This document shows positions 55,502 to 64,000 of a DNA stretch of 64,000 bases, piece after piece. Numbering within the stretch: position 1 is the first letter of the stretch; each line of letters begins with the position of its first letter. The notes beneath the pieces are model-generated. The model had not been told where the DNA came from. It ran no database searches and was given only the letters and a program-made list of their open reading frames with translations. A program made the position numbers and the translations under genes. The stretch comes from Actinomycetes bacterium (lineage in GTDB: Bacteria; Actinomycetota; Acidimicrobiia; Acidimicrobiales; JAKAOS01), in NCBI GenBank assembly GCA_021795215.1, contig JAJYPS010000001.1, positions 728-64,727 of the forward strand, read 5' to 3'.

Positions 55502-55858
55502 TTACCGGCGCCGCGGTGGCCTCCGGGTGGACCTCAGCAGCGCATTCTGCAGGTGGGCGAGGAGGTCCGGGTAGCTCGCTTCTCCCACCAGCTCCGGTCC
55601 AGGCTGAACGCGCACCAGGTACGAACCCGTCGGTATGGTCGGCGCCAAGGCCCGCATAGCTGCCCTGAGGCGGCGACGGGTCCGATTCCTCGACACGGCG
55701 GGCCCAACCCTTTTCCCGATGGCGTAAGCGACGGCTGGCGGATCCCCCGTCGTCCCGGGCAACCACGAGACCACCAGGTACCCGGAGCGCCCGCGATGAG
55801 GAGTCCGAGAGAGTTCCCGAAACGCGGTCCGGTCCCGAATTCGCCATATTGCGCTCAG
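55502..55858 (-). CDS. rnpA: ribonuclease P protein component
   Basis: [26 protein letters not shown]...[22 protein letters not shown]. The conserved N-terminus lies upstream of the first canonical start (GTG 55774). CTG 55858 overlaps the rpmH stop and is proposed as the start. Confidence 0.75.
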   Translation of the reverse strand: MSAIWRIRDRTAFRELSRTPHRGRSGYLVVSWLPGTTGDPPAVAYAIGKRVGPAVSRNRTRRRLRAAMRALAPTIPTGSYLVRVQPGPELVGEASYPDLLAHLQNALLRSTRRPPRRR

Positions 55859-55989
55859 GCGCAGAGCCTGCGACGGCCTTTGAGGCGCCTGGCCCTGAGT
55901 ATGGCTCTGCCCGCCTTGTTCGACATACGGTGCCGGAACCCGTGGTTCTTCGCCCGGCGCCTGCTGTTCGGTTGGAACGTTCGCTTCAT
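55855..55989 (-). CDS. rpmH: 50S ribosomal protein L34
   Basis: [25 protein letters not shown] aggag upstream. Confidence 0.95.
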   Translation of the reverse strand: MKRTFQPNSRRRAKNHGFRHRMSNKAGRAILRARRLKGRRRLCA

Positions 55990-56285
55990 ATCGACTCCTG
56001 CTAGGGCTTCACGCGCCTGCGAGCCCCGCTCGGGTCCGCGGAACAAGGTGCGTAAACGAGAGTGGACGGAGCCGCAGACCCCGCTGGCGTTACCTTTCGT
56101 CGCCATGTTACGTGCCCGGCGGCCCCGTCACCACCGCCCTACGACCGGGCTCCGGGGGGCACGCCGCGGGGTAGTGGTGGTACCGTGCTCACTCCGGCAA
56201 CTTCCAGGGGGGCCGTCGGACGCCGTGCCACCCTTGAGCAGTCGTGGCTCATGGAAGGCTGCTGTGGGCGAGATCTCGACTTCGA

Positions 56286-56318
56286 GTGTCCACAGCTTGT
56301 GGAGAACACTGTGGATTG
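56286..56318. promoter_or_regulatory. three DnaA boxes just upstream of the dnaA start
   Basis: GTGTCCACA (56286-94, +), TTCTCCACA (56298-306, -) and CAATCCACA (56310-18, -). Confidence 0.7.
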
Positions 56319-56340
56319 CCCGCGGAACGGGAGGGCGGAA

Positions 56341-57762
56341 ATGCAGGTGACGAACGCTCGCCAGCTGTGGACGACATGTGCCGAATCGCTCAGGGGTCAG
56401 GTCCCCGAGGGGACGTGGAAGGCCTGGTTCGACGGAGTGGACGCCACTTCTCTGGACGGCGACACACTGGTGCTGGCGGTTCCATCCGGCCTGGTGAAGG
56501 AGCGGATCGAGAGCCGCTACCGGACGATCGTGGAGCACGCGGTGAGAGACTGCTGGCAACCCCAGTGCCATGTCCGCATCGAAGTCGCCACCCATCCTGG
56601 ATCTCCAGGCCTCGCCGAGGAGGAAGGGCGCCAGCCCCTCCGTTCGCACTCGGAGACGCAGTCCCATGCATCGTCCGAGAACCTGGACAAGCTCTTCGAG
56701 AACCCCGCCACCAAGCCCGTGCGGACCGAGGAGACCCTGCTCAGCGAGCGCTACACGTTCGACACGTTCGTCATAGGTGCCTCGAATCGTTTCGCTCATG
56801 CAGCCGCTCTCTCGGTTGCAGAGGCGCCAGCCCGTTCCTACAATCCCCTGTTCGTCCATGGCGCTGCCGGGCTCGGCAAGACGCATCTCCTCCATGCGAT
56901 AGGTAATTACGTTCTTCAGAACTTTCCGGGTAGGAAAGTGCGGTACGTCTCAACGGAAACGTTCATGAACGACTTCGTAGAAGCGATCCGATCCAACTCC
57001 ACCAGCACCTTCAAGCGCCGTTATCGTGAGTGCGACGTGCTCCTCGTTGACGATATCCAATTCATGGAGAAAAAGGAGGGACTCCAAGAGGAGTTCTTCC
57101 ATACCTTCAACTCCTTGTATGCTGCGTCAAGTCAGATAGTGATTACATCGGACCGTCCGCCGAAGTCTATCGCCACCCTTGAAGATCGCTTGCGGAGTCG
57201 TTTCCTATCCGGGCTGATAACAGATGTTCAGCCGCCCGAGCTTGAGACACGGATAGCGATCCTACGCTCCAAGGCCGAGATCGAGCATGTCGATATTGCT
57301 CCCGGCATATTGGAGTTCATTGCTACTCATGTTCAGGCCAATATCCGCGAATTGGAGGGGGCGCTGATTCGAGTATGTGCGTTCGCGAGCCTCAACAAGT
57401 CGCCCTTGACGCTCGACGTAGCGCAGCAGGTCCTCTCGGATGTAATTTCGACCCAGGATCGGAGAATAACACCCCAGCTGATTCTCGATTCGACAGCAGA
57501 GTTCTTCGGGTTTACGGTGGAAGAATTGCGTGGACCTAACCGGCGAAGGCCTCTGGTCACCGCCCGGCAAGTCGGAATGTACGTCTTCCGCGAGTTGACC
57601 GACTTCAGTTACCCGGCGATCGGTCGGGAGTTCGGAGGACGGGACCACACCACTGTGATGCACGCCCAGGAAAAGATATCCAAGCTCATGAAAGAGCGGC
57701 GGCAGATCTACGATCAAGTGACGGAGCTACTGGTGGCGATCCGAGGTGGTGGAGGCCGCTAG
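56341..57762 (+). CDS. dnaA: chromosomal replication initiator DnaA
   Basis: N-terminus [25 protein letters not shown]+ [21 protein letters not shown] and C-terminal [14 protein letters not shown] 56341. The longer track ORF (56062) runs over the DnaA boxes. Confidence 0.95.
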   Translation: MQVTNARQLWTTCAESLRGQVPEGTWKAWFDGVDATSLDGDTLVLAVPSGLVKERIESRYRTIVEHAVRDCWQPQCHVRIEVATHPGSPGLAEEEGRQPLRSHSETQSHASSENLDKLFENPATKPVRTEETLLSERYTFDTFVIGASNRFAHAAALSVAEAPARSYNPLFVHGAAGLGKTHLLHAIGNYVLQNFPGRKVRYVSTETFMNDFVEAIRSNSTSTFKRRYRECDVLLVDDIQFMEKKEGLQEEFFHTFNSLYAASSQIVITSDRPPKSIATLEDRLRSRFLSGLITDVQPPELETRIAILRSKAEIEHVDIAPGILEFIATHVQANIRELEGALIRVCAFASLNKSPLTLDVAQQVLSDVISTQDRRITPQLILDSTAEFFGFTVEELRGPNRRRPLVTARQVGMYVFRELTDFSYPAIGREFGGRDHTTVMHAQEKISKLMKERRQIYDQVTELLVAIRGGGGR

Positions 57763-58014
57763 GGAGAAGTTGTGGAATTCCACCGGCAGAGACGGGGACT
57801 GATCGGATCGACAACCTCCGCAGTCCAACGAGCGACCCTCTCTGTGGAGAACCGGAAATCCTGTGGACAGAGGAACTTCCTCCCCATCTGCGCTTTCGGC
57901 CATCTTTCCACAATCCACAGCCCTTACTCCTACTACTGAGTTTTTTCTATCTAGATACATAGGGAGTGGCGAAATCGTCGGTGCGACGTTGGCCACGGAG
58001 AGGACGGTGAGGGC
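57763..58014. other. oriC: oriC candidate (dnaA-dnaN spacer): 5 DnaA boxes plus an AT-rich unwinding element
   Basis: Boxes AATTCCACA (57771-79, -), TTCTCCACA (57843-51, -), CTGTCCACA (57862-70, -), CTTTCCACA (57904-12, +) and CAATCCACA (57911-19, +). The AT-rich tract tactactgagttttttctatctagatacat (57931-60) has 8 G/C in 30 nt. Confidence 0.75.
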
Positions 58015-59133
58015 ATGAAGTTGCGCTGTGAGCGGGACCTTCTGGCCGAAGCGCTGGGAGTCGTGAGCAGAGCCGGCGCGTCCCGTAGCACTGCGGGCAC
58101 CCTGCCGGGGGGAGTACATCTGCGGGCTCGAGCGGAGTCGCTGGAGGTGACGGCGTCCGACGCGGAGATCGAGATAGACACCGCGATAGCGGCTACTGCC
58201 CTGTCGGAAGGCTCGTGCGTTGTACCGGGGAGGCTGTTCCTCGACATCGTCAGGGCTCTCGGGGCCGGAGCGCTGACGCTGGAAGCGGACGACGACGAGG
58301 TGAGGATCGTCGCAGGGAGGTCACAGTTCAATGTCCGCACGTCCCCTGAGGTCGAGCTCCCGACGCGGAACGAACGGGCTACGCCTCGAGCGGAACTGGT
58401 CGCCGGGCACCTGGCGGAAGCGCTCCGCCAGGTCGTGCGCGCAGCCTCCTCGGACGCGGAGAGACCGAGCCTCACCGGAGTGCTCCTCGCCGCTCGACCG
58501 GGCATCGGCCTACGGCTCGTGGCAACGGACTCCTATCGACTTGCCCTTCGTGACCTGGAGACAGAAGAACTACTCCAGGAAGGTCAGACGGTGCTGCTGC
58601 CTGCTCGCTCTTTGGGTGAGCTCCAGCGGCTGTTGCTGTCAGGAGACCCTGAGCGGAAGGTGGGAGTAGCGATAGGGGAGTTGGAGGCGTCGTTCCATCT
58701 TGACGAGGTGCGGCTGGCGTCTCGACTGCTGCGGGCCGACTTCCCCAACTACGAGCCCCTGATACCGACGTCACATCCCAACCGGCTGGAGGTGTCCCGT
58801 TCCCAGTTCCTGGAGGCGTTGCGACGAGTGAGGCTGCTCGTCAGGGAACAGACAGCCTCGGTGAAGGTGACGATGGGACCTGGTGGAGTGGAGCTACTTG
58901 CTACTTCAGCAGACGTGGGTCAGGCGACGGAGGACATGGACGCGGAGTTCGACGGAGAAGAGATGACGTTGGCGTTCAACCCGTCGTTTCTCATAGATGG
59001 AATCGAGGGAGTGACTGGGGATCGTGTAGTAATCCGGATTCGAGATGCTGGAAAGCCCGTACTGATAAGTTCCGCCGACTCGGACGACTACCGCTACGTG
59101 CTGATGCCTATTTTGCCGTCGTCCAGGACTTAA
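58015..59133 (+). CDS. dnaN: DNA polymerase III beta sliding clamp
   Basis: MKLRCERDLLAEAL..., C-terminus YVLMPI. Position after dnaA. Confidence 0.95.
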   Translation: MKLRCERDLLAEALGVVSRAGASRSTAGTLPGGVHLRARAESLEVTASDAEIEIDTAIAATALSEGSCVVPGRLFLDIVRALGAGALTLEADDDEVRIVAGRSQFNVRTSPEVELPTRNERATPRAELVAGHLAEALRQVVRAASSDAERPSLTGVLLAARPGIGLRLVATDSYRLALRDLETEELLQEGQTVLLPARSLGELQRLLLSGDPERKVGVAIGELEASFHLDEVRLASRLLRADFPNYEPLIPTSHPNRLEVSRSQFLEALRRVRLLVREQTASVKVTMGPGGVELLATSADVGQATEDMDAEFDGEEMTLAFNPSFLIDGIEGVTGDRVVIRIRDAGKPVLISSADSDDYRYVLMPILPSSRT

Positions 59134-59134
59134 C

Positions 59135-60235
59135 TTGCACATCGGGCACCTCTGGCTGCGGGACTGGCGAAGTTGGGAGCATGCCGAGGTCACTTTTAGT
59201 CCTGATGGCGTGACGGCCATAGTCGGCCCAAACGGTAGGGGAAAGACGAATATCTTGGAGGCCGTGGCGTGGCTCGCAACGCTCGAGTCGTTCAGGTACG
59301 CCCCGAGCGACTCGCTGATACGAAGTGGGTGCACTTCGGCCGTCGTGAGGGCAGAGACCGAGATAGAGGGCCGTAAGTGCCTGATAGAGGGCGAGATCCG
59401 GAGTGGACGGCAAGACAGGGTCCAAGTGAACCGGCAGCCTTTGCGACGAAGGTCCGACCTTTCGGATGTCTTCCGGGTAACGGTCTTCACGCCCGATGAT
59501 CTGGACCTCGTGAAAGGAGCTCCGACTGAAAGGCGGCGGTTCCTGGATGAGTTTGGTGTGGCCAGGTTTCCGAGCTATTACTCGACGCGGATGCAGCTGG
59601 AAAAGGTACTGAGGCAGAGGGCCACTCTGTTGCGGCAAGCTGTGGGGAAGTTCTCCGACGTGATTGCGGCGACTCTGGATGTGTGGGACGTGCAGCTTGC
59701 CAAGCTCGGCACGGAAGTCGCGGAGCTGCGGGAAGGTCTCGTGTTGGAGCTTGAGCCGCTCGTTCAGGACGCATATCAGGACCTTGTGGGGGAGAGCACG
59801 CCACTTTCGCTGACCTACCAGCGGAGCTGGGATGGGGATCTTGGACATGCTCTCGTTCGGTCCAGACGGGAGGACGTAAGGAGGGGGACGAACAGTCTTG
59901 GCCCGCAAAGGGATGACATGGAGATTGGTATCCACGGCATGCCCGCCAGATCGCGCGCTTCGCAAGGTGAGCAGAGATCTATAGCTCTCGCTTTGCGATT
60001 GGCAGTGCACAGGGCAGTGATGGCTGCGACCCGGAGCTGTCCCGTGCTACTTCTGGACGACGTGTTCTCGGAACTGGACAACCGGCGGTCGTCGCGCCTG
60101 CTGGAGCTGCTTCCCGAGGGTCAGGTGCTGTTGGCGAGCGCGTCGGCCCTCCCCGGTTCGACGCGTGCGGTGGGGACCATCGACGTAGAGTGCGTGGGGA
60201 GCACCGGCTTGGCGAGCACGGGCAGGGACCAGTGA
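59135..60235 (+). CDS. recF: DNA replication/repair protein RecF
   Basis: VGPNGRGKTNILEA Walker A, signature SQGEQRSIALAL and LLLDDV. Confidence 0.95.
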   Translation: MHIGHLWLRDWRSWEHAEVTFSPDGVTAIVGPNGRGKTNILEAVAWLATLESFRYAPSDSLIRSGCTSAVVRAETEIEGRKCLIEGEIRSGRQDRVQVNRQPLRRRSDLSDVFRVTVFTPDDLDLVKGAPTERRRFLDEFGVARFPSYYSTRMQLEKVLRQRATLLRQAVGKFSDVIAATLDVWDVQLAKLGTEVAELREGLVLELEPLVQDAYQDLVGESTPLSLTYQRSWDGDLGHALVRSRREDVRRGTNSLGPQRDDMEIGIHGMPARSRASQGEQRSIALALRLAVHRAVMAATRSCPVLLLDDVFSELDNRRSSRLLELLPEGQVLLASASALPGSTRAVGTIDVECVGSTGLASTGRDQ

Positions 60236-60609
60236 CGTGGCGTTCGCTACGGGAGGAGGGCGCGGAGTCGCTACAACCTCTCGGAAGGTCCCTGGAGGAG
60301 ATCGCAGCAAAGCTCGGGGTGGGAGCTCCGAAGAGAACAGGTGCAGTTCTGACGTCATGGGACGACGTGGTGGGACCGACAATCGGCCGTCATGCGCGGC
60401 CCGTCACGCTTACGGACGAAGCGTTGGTCGTCGTGGTTGACAGCCCTCCTTGGGCGACCGAGATGCGCATCTCGGGCAGGCAGCTGCTCGAAGCTCTGGA
60501 GAGGGAGACGGGGATGCCGATGCCGCGGAGACTGGTTGTGCAGTTGGAGCCGCCGGTGCACGCCTCCGGCGACAAGGGCGGCAAGAGCGACAAGGGCGGC
60601 AGGGTGTGA
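60232..60609 (+). CDS. DUF721-domain protein (DciA-like; Rv0004 position)
   Basis: GTGA coupling to recF. WDDVVGPTIGRHARPVTLTDEALVVVVDSPPWATEMR matches the DUF721 core. Confidence 0.8.
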   Translation: MTWRSLREEGAESLQPLGRSLEEIAAKLGVGAPKRTGAVLTSWDDVVGPTIGRHARPVTLTDEALVVVVDSPPWATEMRISGRQLLEALERETGMPMPRRLVVQLEPPVHASGDKGGKSDKGGRV

Positions 60610-60732
60610 GGCCACGGTGCTCGGCCGGACGATGCGGCGGCGGGTTGCGACCCTTCTGTGAGATCCTTCGGGATCCGCTCGGTGAGGCGACAAAGTGCCG
60701 TCTGGGCGACGCCTGGTAGAATGGATGGGTAG

Positions 60733-62778
<2,046 letters not shown>

Positions 62779-62825
62779 CGCGAGAAGGGCGACCCGGTGA
62801 CGCGGTACCGAGCAGGGACTTCGGG

Positions 62826-64000
62826 ATGAGCGATACGTCGAACGGCACCGTGGTGGGAGTTATCGAGCCCATCGAGCTGCAGGAGGAGATGGAGCGATCT
62901 TTCCTGGAGTACTCGATGTCCGTGATCGTGTCGAGAGCGTTGCCGGACGTGCGGGACGGTCTGAAGCCGGTGCACCGGCGGATCCTGTGGGGAATGCATA
63001 GCAGTGGGTTCCGCAGTGATCGGCCTTACGTGAAGTGTGCGCGGGTTACGGGCGACGTGATGGCCAACTACCACCCGCACGGGAACGCTGCCATCTACGA
63101 CGCACTGGTCCGAATGGCCCAACCGTTCAGCTTGCGTCACCCGCTCATCGACTTCCACGGCAACTACGGGTCGTCCGACTATCCACCCGCCGCCGAGCGC
63201 TACACGGAATGTCGCCTGGGACCACTTGCGCACCGGATGCTGGAGGGCTGCGACGAGGAGACTGTCGACTTCGAGCCGAACTACGACGGCTCGAAGGAGC
63301 AGCCCAAGGTGCTGCCGGCCAGATTCCCGAACCTGATGGTCAACGGTAGCCAGGGCATCGCCGTCGGGATGGCGACGAACATCCCTCCCCACAATCTCGG
63401 GGAAGTGATCGATGCGACGATTCATCTGATCGACAACCCGGACTCCACGGTGGAAGATCTGATGGCATTTGTCAAGGGTCCCGACTTCCCTACCGGAGGC
63501 CTGATCCTAGGTAGATCAGGAATTCAGGATGCATACCGGACGGGACGAGGTTCGATTCGCGTCCGAGCCAAGGCGGAGATCGTGGAGGGCCGCCGTGGAT
63601 CCCAGATAGTCGTATCGGAAGTTCCATATCAAGTATCGCTACGCACTGTACTTTCCCGCATAAAGGAGTTGGCCGATAGCCATGAGCTAGAGGGGATCAG
63701 GGACGTAATGAACCTCTCAGCAGGGTTGGAAACAAAGTTGGTGATCGACCTGAAGAGGGAGGCGAATGCCAGCGTTGTTCTGAACAACCTCTACAAGCTC
63801 ACTCCTCTGCAGACCAGCCTGGCAGTGAACACGGTGGCCCTGGTCGATGGGGTCCCTCGGACTCTCAATCTCGTCGGTCTGTTGGCCGCCTACGTGGACC
63901 ACCAGGTCGAAGTGATCACCAGACGGTCCCAGTTCAGGTTACGGCGGGCGCGGGAACGCGCTCACATAGTCGAGGGCCTACTTCGCGCGATCGACCAGTT
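62826..64000 (+). CDS. gyrA: DNA gyrase subunit A (3' end outside the window)
   Basis: My own translation from ATG 62826 gives [60 protein letters not shown] and the active-site region AAERYTE. It is absent from the ORF track because there is no stop in the window. Confidence 0.95.
   Translation, partial: MSDTSNGTVVGVIEPIELQEEMERSFLEYSMSVIVSRALPDVRDGLKPVHRRILWGMHSSGFRSDRPYVKCARVTGDVMANYHPHGNAAIYDALVRMAQPFSLRHPLIDFHGNYGSSDYPPAAERYTECRLGPLAHRMLEGCDEETVDFEPNYDGSKEQPKVLPARFPNLMVNGSQGIAVGMATNIPPHNLGEVIDATIHLIDNPDSTVEDLMAFVKGPDFPTGGLILGRSGIQDAYRTGRGSIRVRAKAEIVEGRRGSQIVVSEVPYQVSLRTVLSRIKELADSHELEGIRDVMNLSAGLETKLVIDLKREANASVVLNNLYKLTPLQTSLAVNTVALVDGVPRTLNLVGLLAAYVDHQVEVITRRSQFRLRRARERAHIVEGLLRAIDQ

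Noticed and set aside
55269-55847. 192-aa ORF starting at ATG 55847 taken as a single gene
   Set aside because: Only its last ~74 residues are YidD-like. The first ~115 codons overprint the well-conserved rnpA frame, so I treated it as an rnpA shadow plus yidD with an unresolved start.
56062-56340. 93-codon N-terminal extension of dnaA in the ORF track
   Set aside because: The extension is non-conserved-looking and covers three DnaA boxes. The conserved DnaA N-terminus begins at ATG 56341.
60661-60722. gyrB promoter (extended -10 TGGTAGAAT at 60714-60722) and a small GATCC-TTCG-GGATC hairpin after the DUF721 gene
   Set aside because: The -10 match is attractive, but I found no properly spaced -35, and the hairpin stem is only 5 bp. 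The evidence is too weak to list as features without TSS data.

Overview
High-GC chromosome segment (about two-thirds G+C by eye, not computed) from an Actinomycetota-type genome, ending in the replication-origin region. The ORF track contains many long antisense 'shadow' ORFs typical of high-GC DNA. I called genes from recognisable protein motifs, start/stop coupling and synteny. About 41-64 kb is the classic actinobacterial origin neighbourhood. On the minus strand it holds cca, a DUF6049-like protein, murJ, DegV, trxB-trxA, a cwlM-like gene and parB-parA-rsmG-jag-yidC-yidD-rnpA-rpmH. On the plus strand it holds dnaA-[oriC]-dnaN-recF-DUF721(dciA-like)-gyrB-gyrA. This part includes one perfect parS and several DnaA-box clusters. 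About 33-41 kb carries dnaB, rplI-rpsR-ssb-rpsF, panB and the DUF5318/PadR/ino1 block. The left half is accessory. Three gene sets deserve a second look. (1) 7.3-11.6 kb is an apbE-centred operon with an MsrQ-like haem membrane protein, a NuoF-like flavo-FeS protein and a ferredoxin. It is preceded by two small membrane-anchored proteins that both end in a T-G-A-S-G tail resembling the ApbE flavinylation motif. (2) 17-26.8 kb is a one-strand sulfur island: LysR, an FeS-NrfD fusion, a Tat-less molybdopterin oxidoreductase, a TorD-like chaperone, persulfide dioxygenase-rhodanese and type II SQR, with an internal 17-bp tandem array. (3) 27.5-32.6 kb holds a GTP cyclohydrolase II-RibD reductase fusion divergent from a Zn-ADH / PTPS-like / two GT4 cluster. 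I saw no rRNA, tRNA, CRISPR array or mobile element. All family assignments come from motif recognition by eye, with no searches run.
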